Source of the DNA: Vicinamibacteria bacterium
Lineage (GTDB): Bacteria; Acidobacteriota; Vicinamibacteria; Marinacidobacterales; Marinacidobacteraceae
NCBI GenBank assembly: GCA_963422395.1
Contig: OY729431.1
Coordinates: 448,001-512,000, forward strand
Length of the DNA: 64,000 nt
Direction of reading: 5' to 3'
Positions 40,937 through 49,366 of this stretch are shown one piece after another; position 1 is the first letter of the stretch; each line of letters begins with the position of its first letter. The notes under the pieces are model-generated. The model did no database searches, was not told the DNA's origin, and saw only the letters and a list, made by a program, of their open reading frames with translations. A program made the translations under genes and the position numbers.

Positions 40937-40975
40937 CTGACCCAAAGGGCTGACCCAAAGGCCTGAACGAAAGGA
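40937..40975 (+). repeat. Three tandem 13-bp direct repeats in the leader of the histone-like gene
   Basis: CTGACCCAAAGGG / CTGACCCAAAGGC / CTGAACGAAAGGA. Confidence 0.75.
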
Positions 40976-40987
40976 CGGAATCGCCCG

Positions 40988-41812
40988 ATGAAGAAAAAAG
41001 CGACGCGTAAAAAGAAGAAAGTCGCGGCGCGCGCGAGTGTTCATCGCAAGGTGACCCGCAAGAAGGCGACGCGCAAGAAAGCCGCGGCACGGAAGGCGAC
41101 CCGGAAGAAGGTGACCCGCAAGAAAGCCGTGGCGCGGAAGGCGACCCGGAAGAAGGTGACCCGCAAGAAAGCCGCGGCACGGAAGGCGACCCGGAAGAAG
41201 GCGACGCGCAAGAAAGCCGCGGCACGGAAGGCGACAAGGAAGAAAGCGACGCGCAAGAAAGCCGCGGCACGGAAGGCGACCCGGAAGAAAGCGACGCGGA
41301 AGAAGGCGACCCGGAAGAAGGCGACCCGGAAGAAGGCGACCCGGAAGAAGGCGACGCGGAAGAAAGCGACGCGGAAGAAGGCGACCCGGAAGAAAGCGAC
41401 GCGGAAGAAAGCGACCCGGAAGAAAGCGACGCGGAAGAAGGCGACGCGGAAGAAGGCGACCCGGAAGAAAGCGACCCGGAAGAAGGCGACGCGGAAGAAA
41501 GCGACCCGGAAGAAAGTGACCCGGAAGAAGGCGACCCGGAAGAAAGTGACCCGGAAGAAGGCGACCCGGAAGAAGGCCGCGGCTTCGAGTGCGGCTGCGA
41601 CCGCGGAAGAAACGCCTGCGACCGCGGAGGAAACGCCTGCGACCGCGGAGGAAACGCCTGCGACCGCAGAGGAAACGCCTGCGACCGCGGAGGAAACGCC
41701 TGCGACCGCAGAGGAAACGCCTGCGACCGCAGAGGAAACGCCTGCGACCGCAGAGGAATCTGAAGAATCTCCGGCCGCCTCGGCCGCCGTGGCGGGTCCG
41801 GACGGAGGCTGA
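40988..41812 (+). CDS. Histone H1-like Lys/Arg-rich repeat protein with acidic repeat tail
   Basis: AAAGGA upstream of the ATG. (K/R)KATR-type repeats then (ATAEETP)x7. Variation between units is mostly synonymous in this frame. Confidence 0.8.
   Translation: MKKKATRKKKKVAARASVHRKVTRKKATRKKAAARKATRKKVTRKKAVARKATRKKVTRKKAAARKATRKKATRKKAAARKATRKKATRKKAAARKATRKKATRKKATRKKATRKKATRKKATRKKATRKKATRKKATRKKATRKKATRKKATRKKATRKKATRKKATRKKATRKKVTRKKATRKKVTRKKATRKKAAASSAAATAEETPATAEETPATAEETPATAEETPATAEETPATAEETPATAEETPATAEESEESPAASAAVAGPDGG
41045..41584 (+). repeat. 36 x 15-bp coding tandem repeat; first 225 bp arranged as 5 x 45 bp
   Basis: Unit AAGAARGCGACSCGG (KKATR) with KKVTR, KKAAA and RKATR variants. 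Confidence 0.92.
41597..41758 (+). repeat. 7 full plus 1 partial 21-bp coding tandem repeat
   Basis: GCGACCGCRGARGAAACGCCT (ATAEETP). Confidence 0.92.
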
Positions 41813-41820
41813 ACCAGAGC

Positions 41821-41860
41821 GGGAACTCCACGAGTTCCCCGTCTCGGCTTTCGAGTCGGG
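41821..41860 (+). terminator. Hairpins downstream of the histone-like gene
   Basis: GGGAACTC-CAC-GAGTTCCC followed by CTCGGCT-TTCG-AGTCGGG. No strong U-tract. Confidence 0.4.
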
Positions 41861-42043
41861 TTGCCGGCGGGCGCATCCGACCGGGTCGCTGCTGTTGCGG
41901 GCTCCGGTACTCCGCTCTTCCGGAAGGGCCGGAGCGTGTTCTCCGGCGGGGAGGGGAGTCCATCGACTCACCAGTAGCCTCTGTGCTAGAATGGGCGGTT
42001 CGCTTCCCGCTTTCCTAGAATTTCGTCGGGGGAGATTTCCGTC

Positions 42044-43435
42044 TTGCGATTCGAACACCCGCCATCATCGTCTGGCGCCGCTTGGCGCCGCCTGATTCTC
42101 GTTCCAGGGGTCTCGCTGGCCGTCGCCGCAGGTGCTTGCGGCGGCACCGATACTGGGGTCACCGGAGAGGAAATCAGGCTTGGCAGCTTTGCCCCGTTGA
42201 CCGGCGAATACGCCGCTCTCGGAAATGTGGGCCGGGCCATGTCGGCGTACTTCGAATGGTTGAACGACCAGGGTGGCATCCATGGACGGAGAGTCCGCCT
42301 GATTCTCAAGGACGACCAGAACGACCCCGAAAAGACGCCCGAGCTGGTGGGGCAGATGCTTCGCCGGGGCGATGAACAGGTTTTCGCGATGGTCGGCGGG
42401 ATGAGCACCGCCAACTGTCTCGCGGTCAAGGACGACATCGGCAACCGGCTGGTGCCGTGGGTGAATCCGGGTTCGAGCGCCGGGGTCTGGACCGAACCGA
42501 TGAATGCCTACATCTTCTCGATCCTTCCTACCTCGATCACCGCGGCGCGGGTGCTCACCCGCTATGCGCTGTCCGAGCTCGGAGTGGACCGCATCGGTTC
42601 CATCGCCGAAGACACTCCCTTTGGAATCCAGGGGCAGGAGGGGTACCGGTTGGGGGTGCGCGCCTTCTACGAGGAGTTGGCGGCGAACCTCCCCGAGGGG
42701 ATCGAAGTGCGCTATGCCCGTATTTCGAGTCGCCCCCGGCGGCCCCGAACCGACGATCCGACCAGTGAGGGATGGCATGAGATCCCGGCTGGCGGCGACG
42801 GCGTCCTCTGGCGGGTCCAGCGGGAGGACGGTGGCCGCTGGGGTCGTCCGGAAGCGTCTCCGGAGGATGTGGGGATGCTTCGCGCTCCGAAGGACGGAGG
42901 GGATGTGGCGGAGACGCTCGCCCAGTTGAAGGAAAGACGAGCGGACGCGGTTGTCGTCTGGGGGGTTGCAGAATTCGGTGCCGCGGTAGCTCGGGCGATC
43001 CAGGCGGATGAAGACTGGAATCCGCAGATTCTGGGGTCGTTCGCGATGGCGGATCCGCTCATGATCGATCTCGCCGGCGAGGCGATCGAGGACACCATCG
43101 TGGTGTCCACGACCCCCGACCTCTCTCTGGAAACCGATGCGACCCGCCAGGTTCGGCAGATCCTCGACGAGTACGCCCCTGATGTGCCCTTCGGGGACTA
43201 CGCGATGCTCGGGATGGCGTGGGCGCAGCTCGCCGCAGAAGGCATGGAGAGAGCGGGGCCGGATCTCCGGCGTATCGCGCTGCTGCGGGGACTCGAGACC
43301 ATGGAAAATTGGCAGGGGCTGCTCGGCCATCCGATCACTTTCACCAGTGAGAACCACCGAGGTTTCGACGCCGTAACCCTCAAGCGCGTCGAAGACGGTC
43401 AGTTCGTGGCGATCACCGGCTGGCTCTCGGAATAA
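42044..43435 (+). CDS. ABC transporter substrate-binding lipoprotein (LivJ/K-like) with internal insertion
   Basis: Lipobox AGAC, GVTGEEIRLG..APLTG, LNDQGGIHGRRV.LI.KDD, PITFT..NH.G. Confidence 0.85.
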   Translation: MRFEHPPSSSGAAWRRLILVPGVSLAVAAGACGGTDTGVTGEEIRLGSFAPLTGEYAALGNVGRAMSAYFEWLNDQGGIHGRRVRLILKDDQNDPEKTPELVGQMLRRGDEQVFAMVGGMSTANCLAVKDDIGNRLVPWVNPGSSAGVWTEPMNAYIFSILPTSITAARVLTRYALSELGVDRIGSIAEDTPFGIQGQEGYRLGVRAFYEELAANLPEGIEVRYARISSRPRRPRTDDPTSEGWHEIPAGGDGVLWRVQREDGGRWGRPEASPEDVGMLRAPKDGGDVAETLAQLKERRADAVVVWGVAEFGAAVARAIQADEDWNPQILGSFAMADPLMIDLAGEAIEDTIVVSTTPDLSLETDATRQVRQILDEYAPDVPFGDYAMLGMAWAQLAAEGMERAGPDLRRIALLRGLETMENWQGLLGHPITFTSENHRGFDAVTLKRVEDGQFVAITGWLSE

Positions 43436-43443
43436 CCACCTCC

Positions 43444-43467
43444 CCGCCGGCGGCGCCGGCGGCTTTT
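43444..43467 (+). terminator. Intrinsic terminator
   Basis: CCGCCGGC-GGC-GCCGGCGG stem followed by CTTTT, 9 nt after the binding-protein stop, between convergent genes. Confidence 0.6.
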
Positions 43468-43474
43468 CCGGCTC

Positions 43475-44224
43475 TTAGGTTCCGCAGTCGGATTTCGGCT
43501 CTTCCAGGATTTCCTGTCGGCCGAGATAGGCCCGCCGCACCTCGGGATCGCGCACCAGTTCTGCCGCGCTTCCCTCCCGAACGACGCCGCCGCGTTCGAG
43601 GACATAACCCCGTTCGGCGATCTCGAGCGCCCGCACCACATTCTGCTCCACGAGCAGCACGGCGACTCCTTCGGCGCGAATGGCCGACACTGCCCTGAAC
43701 ACTGTATCCACCACCATTGGTGAGAGACCGAGCGAAGGTTCGTCCATCAGTAGCAGCGTCGGCGACGCCATCAGGGCCCGGCCGATGGCCACCATCTGGC
43801 GTTCCCCGCCCGAGAGAGTTCCCGCCAGCTGCCCGGCACGCTCCCGGAGCCGGGGAAAGAGCGTGAGAATCCAGTCGAGGCGCTCCGGGACCGCCCCCTT
43901 CCCCCGGACTGCATATGCGCCCAGCCGGACATTCTCTAGGACGGTCATTTGCGGCCAGACGCGGCTTCCCTCGGGAACATGCGCGATGCCGGACTTGACG
44001 ATCCGAGCGGCGCTGTCATGCGAAAGCAGCTCACCGGCGAGGCGGATGGTTCCCGTGTCGGGGTGGGAGAGACCGCTGATCGCCCGCAGCGTCGTCGTCT
44101 TGCCCGCGCCGTTCGCTCCCAGCAGAGCGACCACTTCCTGTGCCTCGACCCGCAGACTCACCCCGCGGAGTGCGGGAACACCGCCTCGCCGCACGGCGAG
44201 GTCCCGAATTTCCAGGAGGCTCAC
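43475..44224 (-). CDS. livF: Branched-chain amino acid ABC ATPase (LivF-like)
   Basis: GANGAGKTT, HVPEG, LSGGERQM, LMDEPSLGLSP, LVEQN. Confidence 0.9.
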   Translation of the reverse strand: MSLLEIRDLAVRRGGVPALRGVSLRVEAQEVVALLGANGAGKTTTLRAISGLSHPDTGTIRLAGELLSHDSAARIVKSGIAHVPEGSRVWPQMTVLENVRLGAYAVRGKGAVPERLDWILTLFPRLRERAGQLAGTLSGGERQMVAIGRALMASPTLLLMDEPSLGLSPMVVDTVFRAVSAIRAEGVAVLLVEQNVVRALEIAERGYVLERGGVVREGSAAELVRDPEVRRAYLGRQEILEEPKSDCGT

Positions 44225-44991
44225 GGGGCGGACGCCTCTACGGGACCGGCCGAGCGGCCGAGGTAAGCCTCGACCACCGCCGGATTCCGGATCACTGTTT
44301 CGGGTCTCCCGACGGCGATCGTCGCTCCTCGGTGCAACACCTGAATCCGGTCCGAAAGGTCCATCACGGCTTCCATGACATGTTCGACATAGACGATGCC
44401 GATCCCGCGGTCGCGCACTTTTCGGAGCAGAGCCACCGTTTCGCGCACTTCCGCCGGATCGAGCCCGGCGGCCACCTCGTCCACGAGCAGCACCAGCGGT
44501 CTCGCCGCCAGCGCGCGGGCGAGGCCGAGCCGCTTCCGTTCTGCCAGGTTCAGCGAACGGACCGCCGCGTCACGACGGTCTCCGAGTCGGCACTGTTCGA
44601 GGCAACTCGCCGCGTCCTCCTTCGGTGAGGCGCCGGGTGCGGGACGACCGAACTCCGCGCCCACCAGCACGCTTTCGAAAACCGTCATGCCGAGGAACGG
44701 GCGGGGAACCTGGAAGGTGCGCGAAAGCCCCAACCTGCAGATCCGGTGGGGGGGCCGGTTCTGTATTTCCCGTCCCAGCAGGTGGATCTTTCCTCGATCG
44801 AGCCGGAGCTGGCCGCTCATCAGATGAAAGAGAGTGGTCTTGCCGGCCCCGTTGGGGCCGATGAGGCCGAGAACCTCGCCCTTCGCCAGGGTCAGATCCA
44901 CTCCCCGCACCGCAGTGAGGCCGCCGAAACGCCGAGTGACTCCGCGGGTTTCGAGCAGCGGGGCGGCACCGGTGGAATTCGCGGGATTCAT
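44221..44991 (-). CDS. livG: Branched-chain amino acid ABC ATPase (LivG-like)
   Basis: FGGLTAV, GPNGAGKTT, RTFQ, VDEVAAGL, VEHVM, VVEAYLG. Confidence 0.9.
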   Translation of the reverse strand: MNPANSTGAAPLLETRGVTRRFGGLTAVRGVDLTLAKGEVLGLIGPNGAGKTTLFHLMSGQLRLDRGKIHLLGREIQNRPPHRICRLGLSRTFQVPRPFLGMTVFESVLVGAEFGRPAPGASPKEDAASCLEQCRLGDRRDAAVRSLNLAERKRLGLARALAARPLVLLVDEVAAGLDPAEVRETVALLRKVRDRGIGIVYVEHVMEAVMDLSDRIQVLHRGATIAVGRPETVIRNPAVVEAYLGRSAGPVEASAP

Positions 44992-45980
44992 GGACTCTCC
45001 CGGCGGGCACTCGAGGCTCGCCGTCCCAGACGGGCGGCGAGCGAACCGAGGCGCGGCGCCAGACCCCGCGGGTCGACCAGGATGATGAGGATCAGAAGCG
45101 CGCCGAAGGCTGCGAGGTGAACCTCGGCGAGGCTCGCCAGTACGAACTGCTCCAGGAAGAGGAAGATGGCGGCGCCGAGCACGGGTCCCGCCACCGTGCC
45201 GATTCCGCCCACCAGCACCATCAGGACCAGACTGATGGAAAGGTCGAAGCCGAAGACCTTTTCCGGAACGATATAGAGAGTGAACTGGGCGTAGTAGCTG
45301 CCGCCGAGGCCGGTCAGCGCGGCGGCGACAGCGAAGACGGTTACCTGCTGTCGGGCTACGTCCACTCCCGAAGCCGCCGCCGCCCGGGCATCCTCGCGGA
45401 GCGCGATCAGTCCGAGCCCGAGGCGGGAACGCTTCACGATCTCGCTGGTCTTCACCGCGAGGACAGCGAGCAGGGCGCCGACTGCATAGAGCGGATACGG
45501 CCCGAGATCCTGTTCGAGCGGGAGGGTCAGGCCCGAGGCGCCCCCCGCAGCCTCGATGTGGTTCGCCACGATCCGGGTGGCTTCGGCTATCCCGATGGTG
45601 GCGATGGCGAAGTACGGGCCGCGCAGGCGCAGACACGGCCAGCCCCAGAGCACCCCGAACAGCGCGGCGAGTCCGGCCGCCGCCGGCATCGTCAGCAGGG
45701 GGTGGATGCCGGCCAGCCAAAGCATCGAGGTCGCGTATGCCCCGATGCCGAAGAGCGAGGCGTTTCCGAAGGAGATCTGTCCGGCGAAGCCCCCGACCAG
45801 ATTCCAGGCGCTGGCGAGGGTGATGTTCAGGAAAAGGAGCTGGGCGAGGCGCGCCGCATAGGGGTTTTCGACCAGGAGCGGCGCCGCCGCCACCCCTGCC
45901 GCGAGGGCGCTCCAAGCGGCGAGCTGCCGCTTTGCCGACTTCTTCTTGCCCGGTTGGGAGGATCCGGGAGCTCGCGGCAT
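44988..45980 (-). CDS. livM: Branched-chain amino acid ABC permease (LivM-like)
   Basis: WNLVGGFAGQISFG, LRLRGPYFAIAT, ALRED..AA...GV, VGGIGT..GPVLG. Confidence 0.88.
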   Translation of the reverse strand: MPRAPGSSQPGKKKSAKRQLAAWSALAAGVAAAPLLVENPYAARLAQLLFLNITLASAWNLVGGFAGQISFGNASLFGIGAYATSMLWLAGIHPLLTMPAAAGLAALFGVLWGWPCLRLRGPYFAIATIGIAEATRIVANHIEAAGGASGLTLPLEQDLGPYPLYAVGALLAVLAVKTSEIVKRSRLGLGLIALREDARAAAASGVDVARQQVTVFAVAAALTGLGGSYYAQFTLYIVPEKVFGFDLSISLVLMVLVGGIGTVAGPVLGAAIFLFLEQFVLASLAEVHLAAFGALLILIILVDPRGLAPRLGSLAARLGRRASSARRESP

Positions 45981-45986
45981 GGCTGT

Positions 45987-46841
45987 TCAGTTCTCCGCGT
46001 CTCGGCGGCGCAGCACGAGGGCTGCGGTGAGCACGAGGAAACTCACTACATCCCGGTAGCCCGTGTGGAAGTAGAAGGCGGTCAGGTCTTCGGCGATACC
46101 CAGTCCGATCCCGGCGATCAGGATGCCGCCGATGTTCGTGAGGCCGCCGAGCACGACGACGCAGAAGCTCTTCAGCAGGAACCGCGCTCCGAACTCGGGA
46201 GTGACCGAGTAGAAGAGCGACATCAGGCTTCCGGCGGACATCGCGAGCGCGGAACCGATCCCGAAAGCGATCGCCCACACTCGGTTCACCGGAATCCCGG
46301 AAAGTGAGGCAGCTTCTCTGTCCTGCGCCACCGCACGGAGCGCGAGGCCGGCCCAGGTCCGTTTCAGGAGCAGAGCGAGCAGCACGAATCCGAGCAGCGA
46401 GAATCCCGATACGATCAGCCGCGGCACGCTGAGGGTGAGCGGCCCCACCGCGATGGATTCGAGCGAATATGAGGTCAGGAGAGACCGGTCTGCTCCGCCG
46501 AAGATCAGATAGAGGACATTGCGAACGATCAGCCAGACGCCGAACAACAGCAGCAGGGTAGTGACCGGCGGGCTGTCCCGGAGTCGGAAGACCAGACTGC
46601 GCTCGATGGTGAACCCGAGGAGAAAGCCCAGGGGAACCGTGATCAGCAAGGAGACCAGCGGGTCCATTCCCCAGGTCGTGTGGAGCCACCAGGTCCCATA
46701 GACGCCGAGGGTCAGAAACGCGCCGTGGGCGAGGTTGACCACTCGCAGGACGCCGTAGATGAGGCCCAGCCCGTAGGCCATGTAGGCGTACACGGTGCCG
46801 ACGAGGATGCCCGAGGTGAGGATCGAGAAGAGATCAACCAC
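45987..46841 (-). CDS. livH: Branched-chain amino acid ABC permease (LivH-like)
   Basis: G.VYA.MA.GL.LIYGV.RVVNLAHG, RAVAQD.EAA.L.GI, VVVLGGL. Confidence 0.88.
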   Translation of the reverse strand: MVDLFSILTSGILVGTVYAYMAYGLGLIYGVLRVVNLAHGAFLTLGVYGTWWLHTTWGMDPLVSLLITVPLGFLLGFTIERSLVFRLRDSPPVTTLLLLFGVWLIVRNVLYLIFGGADRSLLTSYSLESIAVGPLTLSVPRLIVSGFSLLGFVLLALLLKRTWAGLALRAVAQDREAASLSGIPVNRVWAIAFGIGSALAMSAGSLMSLFYSVTPEFGARFLLKSFCVVVLGGLTNIGGILIAGIGLGIAEDLTAFYFHTGYRDVVSFLVLTAALVLRRRDAEN

Positions 46842-46938
46842 GGCGATCAGCGGAAAGGGAGGCCGGCCAGGGCAGGAAACGGCCGAATCGGGCAGCGAAA
46901 CCCAGGGGGGGCATACGGCGGAGAGGCCCCTGCGTAGC

Positions 46939-48180
46939 TCAGCGTCCGAGGAAAGCGGGTCCTTCCGCCGCGTCCGGCGGATACACGATCCGGGTTCCCC
47001 CATCTGGCAGGTTCTGCACGATCACGCAGCGATTCCGAATTTGGTAACGGCTCGCTTCGGGGAAGTGCAGGCGCTCTCCGGGCAGCAGTGAGTCCGTCAG
47101 GTCGAGTTCCTGGAGTGCGTCGCGGATCGCCTCGGGGGCCGTCGAACCGGCATGTCCGATGGCGGTGACGAGCGCCCGCGCTGCCTCGTAGGCGACCGCC
47201 GGGTAGTACTCGGTCACCGGCCCGCCGAACTCTGCTTCGTAGCTCTCGATGAAGCGGCGGGACCGTTCGTAAGGGAGCGCTCGGGTCCACCACTGCGCCG
47301 AGACCAGGTGGCGGACCGCGTTCCCCAGGCCCTCGCGGACCGAGCGCTCCGGCCCCCGCGCCCCATAACTGACGGCGAGGTGCTCGAGTCCCTGCTCCAC
47401 ATAGGCGCGGTGCTGCAAGAGGAAGTCGGGCTCGTGGGCGTCCGAAAGGAATACATCGGCTTCCACCGACCGAACCTTCACGATGAGCGAGGTGTGGTCG
47501 CTCGACAGGTGCTCGAACGACTCGTCGAGGACGAGCTGGAACCGCTCCGGTTCTGCTGCGGCGACCTGGTGCACGCCGGTTCGGTACTCCCGACCATGGT
47601 CGGTGTTCTGCCACACCAGCGCGATGCGGAGGGGAGCCGGAAGCCGCTCGTTGTCCTGCTCCCAGGACAACCACTCGAGGGTAGTGCTCGCCAGCGATTC
47701 CACCGGGCTCAGGATGCCGAAGACCCACTGGTTCCCTTCCCGAAAGATGGACCGGGAGGCGCCGCCGGCATTCAGGAACGGGATGCCGCGCCGCATCGGG
47801 ACGATGACCTGGGACTGGACCAGCGGCGTGGAGTAGCCGGAAAGCAGGGCTGCTACCCCATCCACCGCGATGAGGCGCTCGAGCAGACTCGGGGAAAGCG
47901 AGGCGTCGCTCTTGTCGTCGTAGAGCAGCAGTTCCACCGGCCGGCGGGTCCCCTCGATCTCCACCCCACCGTTCTCGTTCGCTTCCCGCACTGCGAGCTG
48001 ATAGCCGCCCCGGAAAAACCCGCCGACATTGGCGTGTTTGCCGCTCAGCGGCAACGCGGCCCCGATGCGCACCGTGTCGCCCCTGCCTCCGGAGCAGGCA
48101 GCTACGAAGAAGACCGCCAGCGCGGCGGCCCCGAGCGAGTGCGGGCGGGTGCGGGCCATACTGGACGCGACCGACACCAT
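46939..48180 (-). CDS. Amino acid ABC substrate-binding lipoprotein (LivK-like)
   Basis: Lipobox VAAC, RIGAALPLSG, NENGGV...VELLLYDDKSD. First gene of the liv-type operon. Confidence 0.87.
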   Translation of the reverse strand: MVSVASSMARTRPHSLGAAALAVFFVAACSGGRGDTVRIGAALPLSGKHANVGGFFRGGYQLAVREANENGGVEIEGTRRPVELLLYDDKSDASLSPSLLERLIAVDGVAALLSGYSTPLVQSQVIVPMRRGIPFLNAGGASRSIFREGNQWVFGILSPVESLASTTLEWLSWEQDNERLPAPLRIALVWQNTDHGREYRTGVHQVAAAEPERFQLVLDESFEHLSSDHTSLIVKVRSVEADVFLSDAHEPDFLLQHRAYVEQGLEHLAVSYGARGPERSVREGLGNAVRHLVSAQWWTRALPYERSRRFIESYEAEFGGPVTEYYPAVAYEAARALVTAIGHAGSTAPEAIRDALQELDLTDSLLPGERLHFPEASRYQIRNRCVIVQNLPDGGTRIVYPPDAAEGPAFLGR

Positions 48181-48230
48181 GTGGGCGGCGAATCCTACCA
48201 ACCGCCAGAACCGCTCCTAAAATCCCGGCG

Positions 48231-49091
48231 GTGCCCAGCGAAGGAGGAAGGGAAGTCCCGGGGGCCGGGTTCGTGGCCGCCATTCCGACCATGGAGGTCC
48301 TGCCGATCCGGGAGATTCGTTTCCATGAAGAGGTGGACCTCGCCCGGGTGGCGGCGCTGATCGAACGGCTGAGCACCGACGGCATCCTGCGCAACCCGCC
48401 GATCGTCGCCCGCCTCCCCGGCCGGGAGCGGCTTCTGCTCGACGGCGCGAACCGCATCGAAGCGCTCTCCCGGATGGGAATTCCCCACGCGCTGGTGCAG
48501 ACCGAGGAGTTCGACGATCCGCACCTCGGTCTCGCCCACTGGAACCATGTCATCCGCGCGAAAGAGGCGGCGGCCCTCGTCGAGCGCCCCCCGGCGCTGT
48601 TGAAGGCCCGCGGCGCCGAGCCGCCCGCAGACGAGACCGAACGGAATCTGCTGCCGATCTGCCGCCTGTTCCGTCCGTCGGGCGAAGAGGTCGTTTTCGT
48701 GGCGCCTTCCGACGCTTCCGTCCGCTCGGCCGCGCTGCGGGCGATCTCCTCCCGCTGCGCTCACCCTCGCGCCCGGCTGGCCCGGATCGCGCACCGCGAC
48801 CTCGATCAGGTGCGCCTCGCCTATCCGAATTTCGGCGGGCTGCTCGAATACTCCGAGGTATCCCGGGCCGAGCTGCGGAGGATGGCCGATGCCGGAGAGC
48901 GGTTGCCGTCCGGCATCACCCGTTTCGTGGTCCCCCGTCGGGTGCTGGGGTTCGATCTGCCGCTCTCCTTTCTGGCGACGAACCTGCCGCTCTCCGAAAA
49001 GCGCCGCCGGCTCGATGCTCTGGTCTCCGAGCGGTTCGATTCGGGCCGGGTCCGCTACTACGCGGAGCCGGTGTTCGTCTTCGACGATTGA
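48231..49091 (+). CDS. ParB/Srx-fold protein resembling SbnI/SerK free-serine kinases
   Basis: IRFHEE..L.R......DGILRNPPIV, LLDGANR.EAL, VQ...WNH, and C-terminal PSGITRF.V..R.L...LPL..L. Confidence 0.7.
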   Translation: MPSEGGREVPGAGFVAAIPTMEVLPIREIRFHEEVDLARVAALIERLSTDGILRNPPIVARLPGRERLLLDGANRIEALSRMGIPHALVQTEEFDDPHLGLAHWNHVIRAKEAAALVERPPALLKARGAEPPADETERNLLPICRLFRPSGEEVVFVAPSDASVRSAALRAISSRCAHPRARLARIAHRDLDQVRLAYPNFGGLLEYSEVSRAELRRMADAGERLPSGITRFVVPRRVLGFDLPLSFLATNLPLSEKRRRLDALVSERFDSGRVRYYAEPVFVFDD

Positions 49092-49117
49092 CCCGGCGGG
49101 CTCACCCCGTCGGAGTT

Positions 49118-49366
49118 TCAGGGAAGCTGCCGGGTCGTCCACTCGGCATGTCGGATGCCTGCCGCGATCCGAATGCTGCGCACGGTGATCTTCGCGTCCG
49201 ATCGGTCGATCGCGACGCGGGCTGCTTCTCGTCCACGAACGACGCAGGGAAGGACAGGCGCATCGCTCGCGAAGACTTCGGCTGGCAGATTCGACACGCG
49301 GGCCACGAACCTCACTCCTGCAGGGGACAGGAGGTCCAGCCTGGCCTTCAGTCGGAGGAGCGTCAC
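49118..49366 (-). CDS. Possible 82-aa ORF coupled to the methyltransferase (unknown or remnant)
   Basis: GTG overlaps the methyltransferase TGA (GTGA). No recognisable motif. Confidence 0.25.
   Translation of the reverse strand: MTLLRLKARLDLLSPAGVRFVARVSNLPAEVFASDAPVLPCVVRGREAARVAIDRSDAKITVRSIRIAAGIRHAEWTTRQLP

Noticed and set aside
41045-41758. Tandem repeats as a CRISPR array
   Set aside because: No unique spacers, unit lengths are multiples of 3 with synonymous variation, and no cas genes are present. These are coding repeats.
40704-42058. Long minus-strand ORFs (SSGSP and RRFLPG repeats)
   Set aside because: Antisense shadows of the repeat gene. The plus-strand KKATR frame has the SD and the synonymous third-position pattern.
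48231-49091. Chromosome-partitioning ParB or plasmid/prophage origin
   Set aside because: No HTH, no parA, and no parS or rep gene nearby. The C-terminus fits SbnI-like proteins better.
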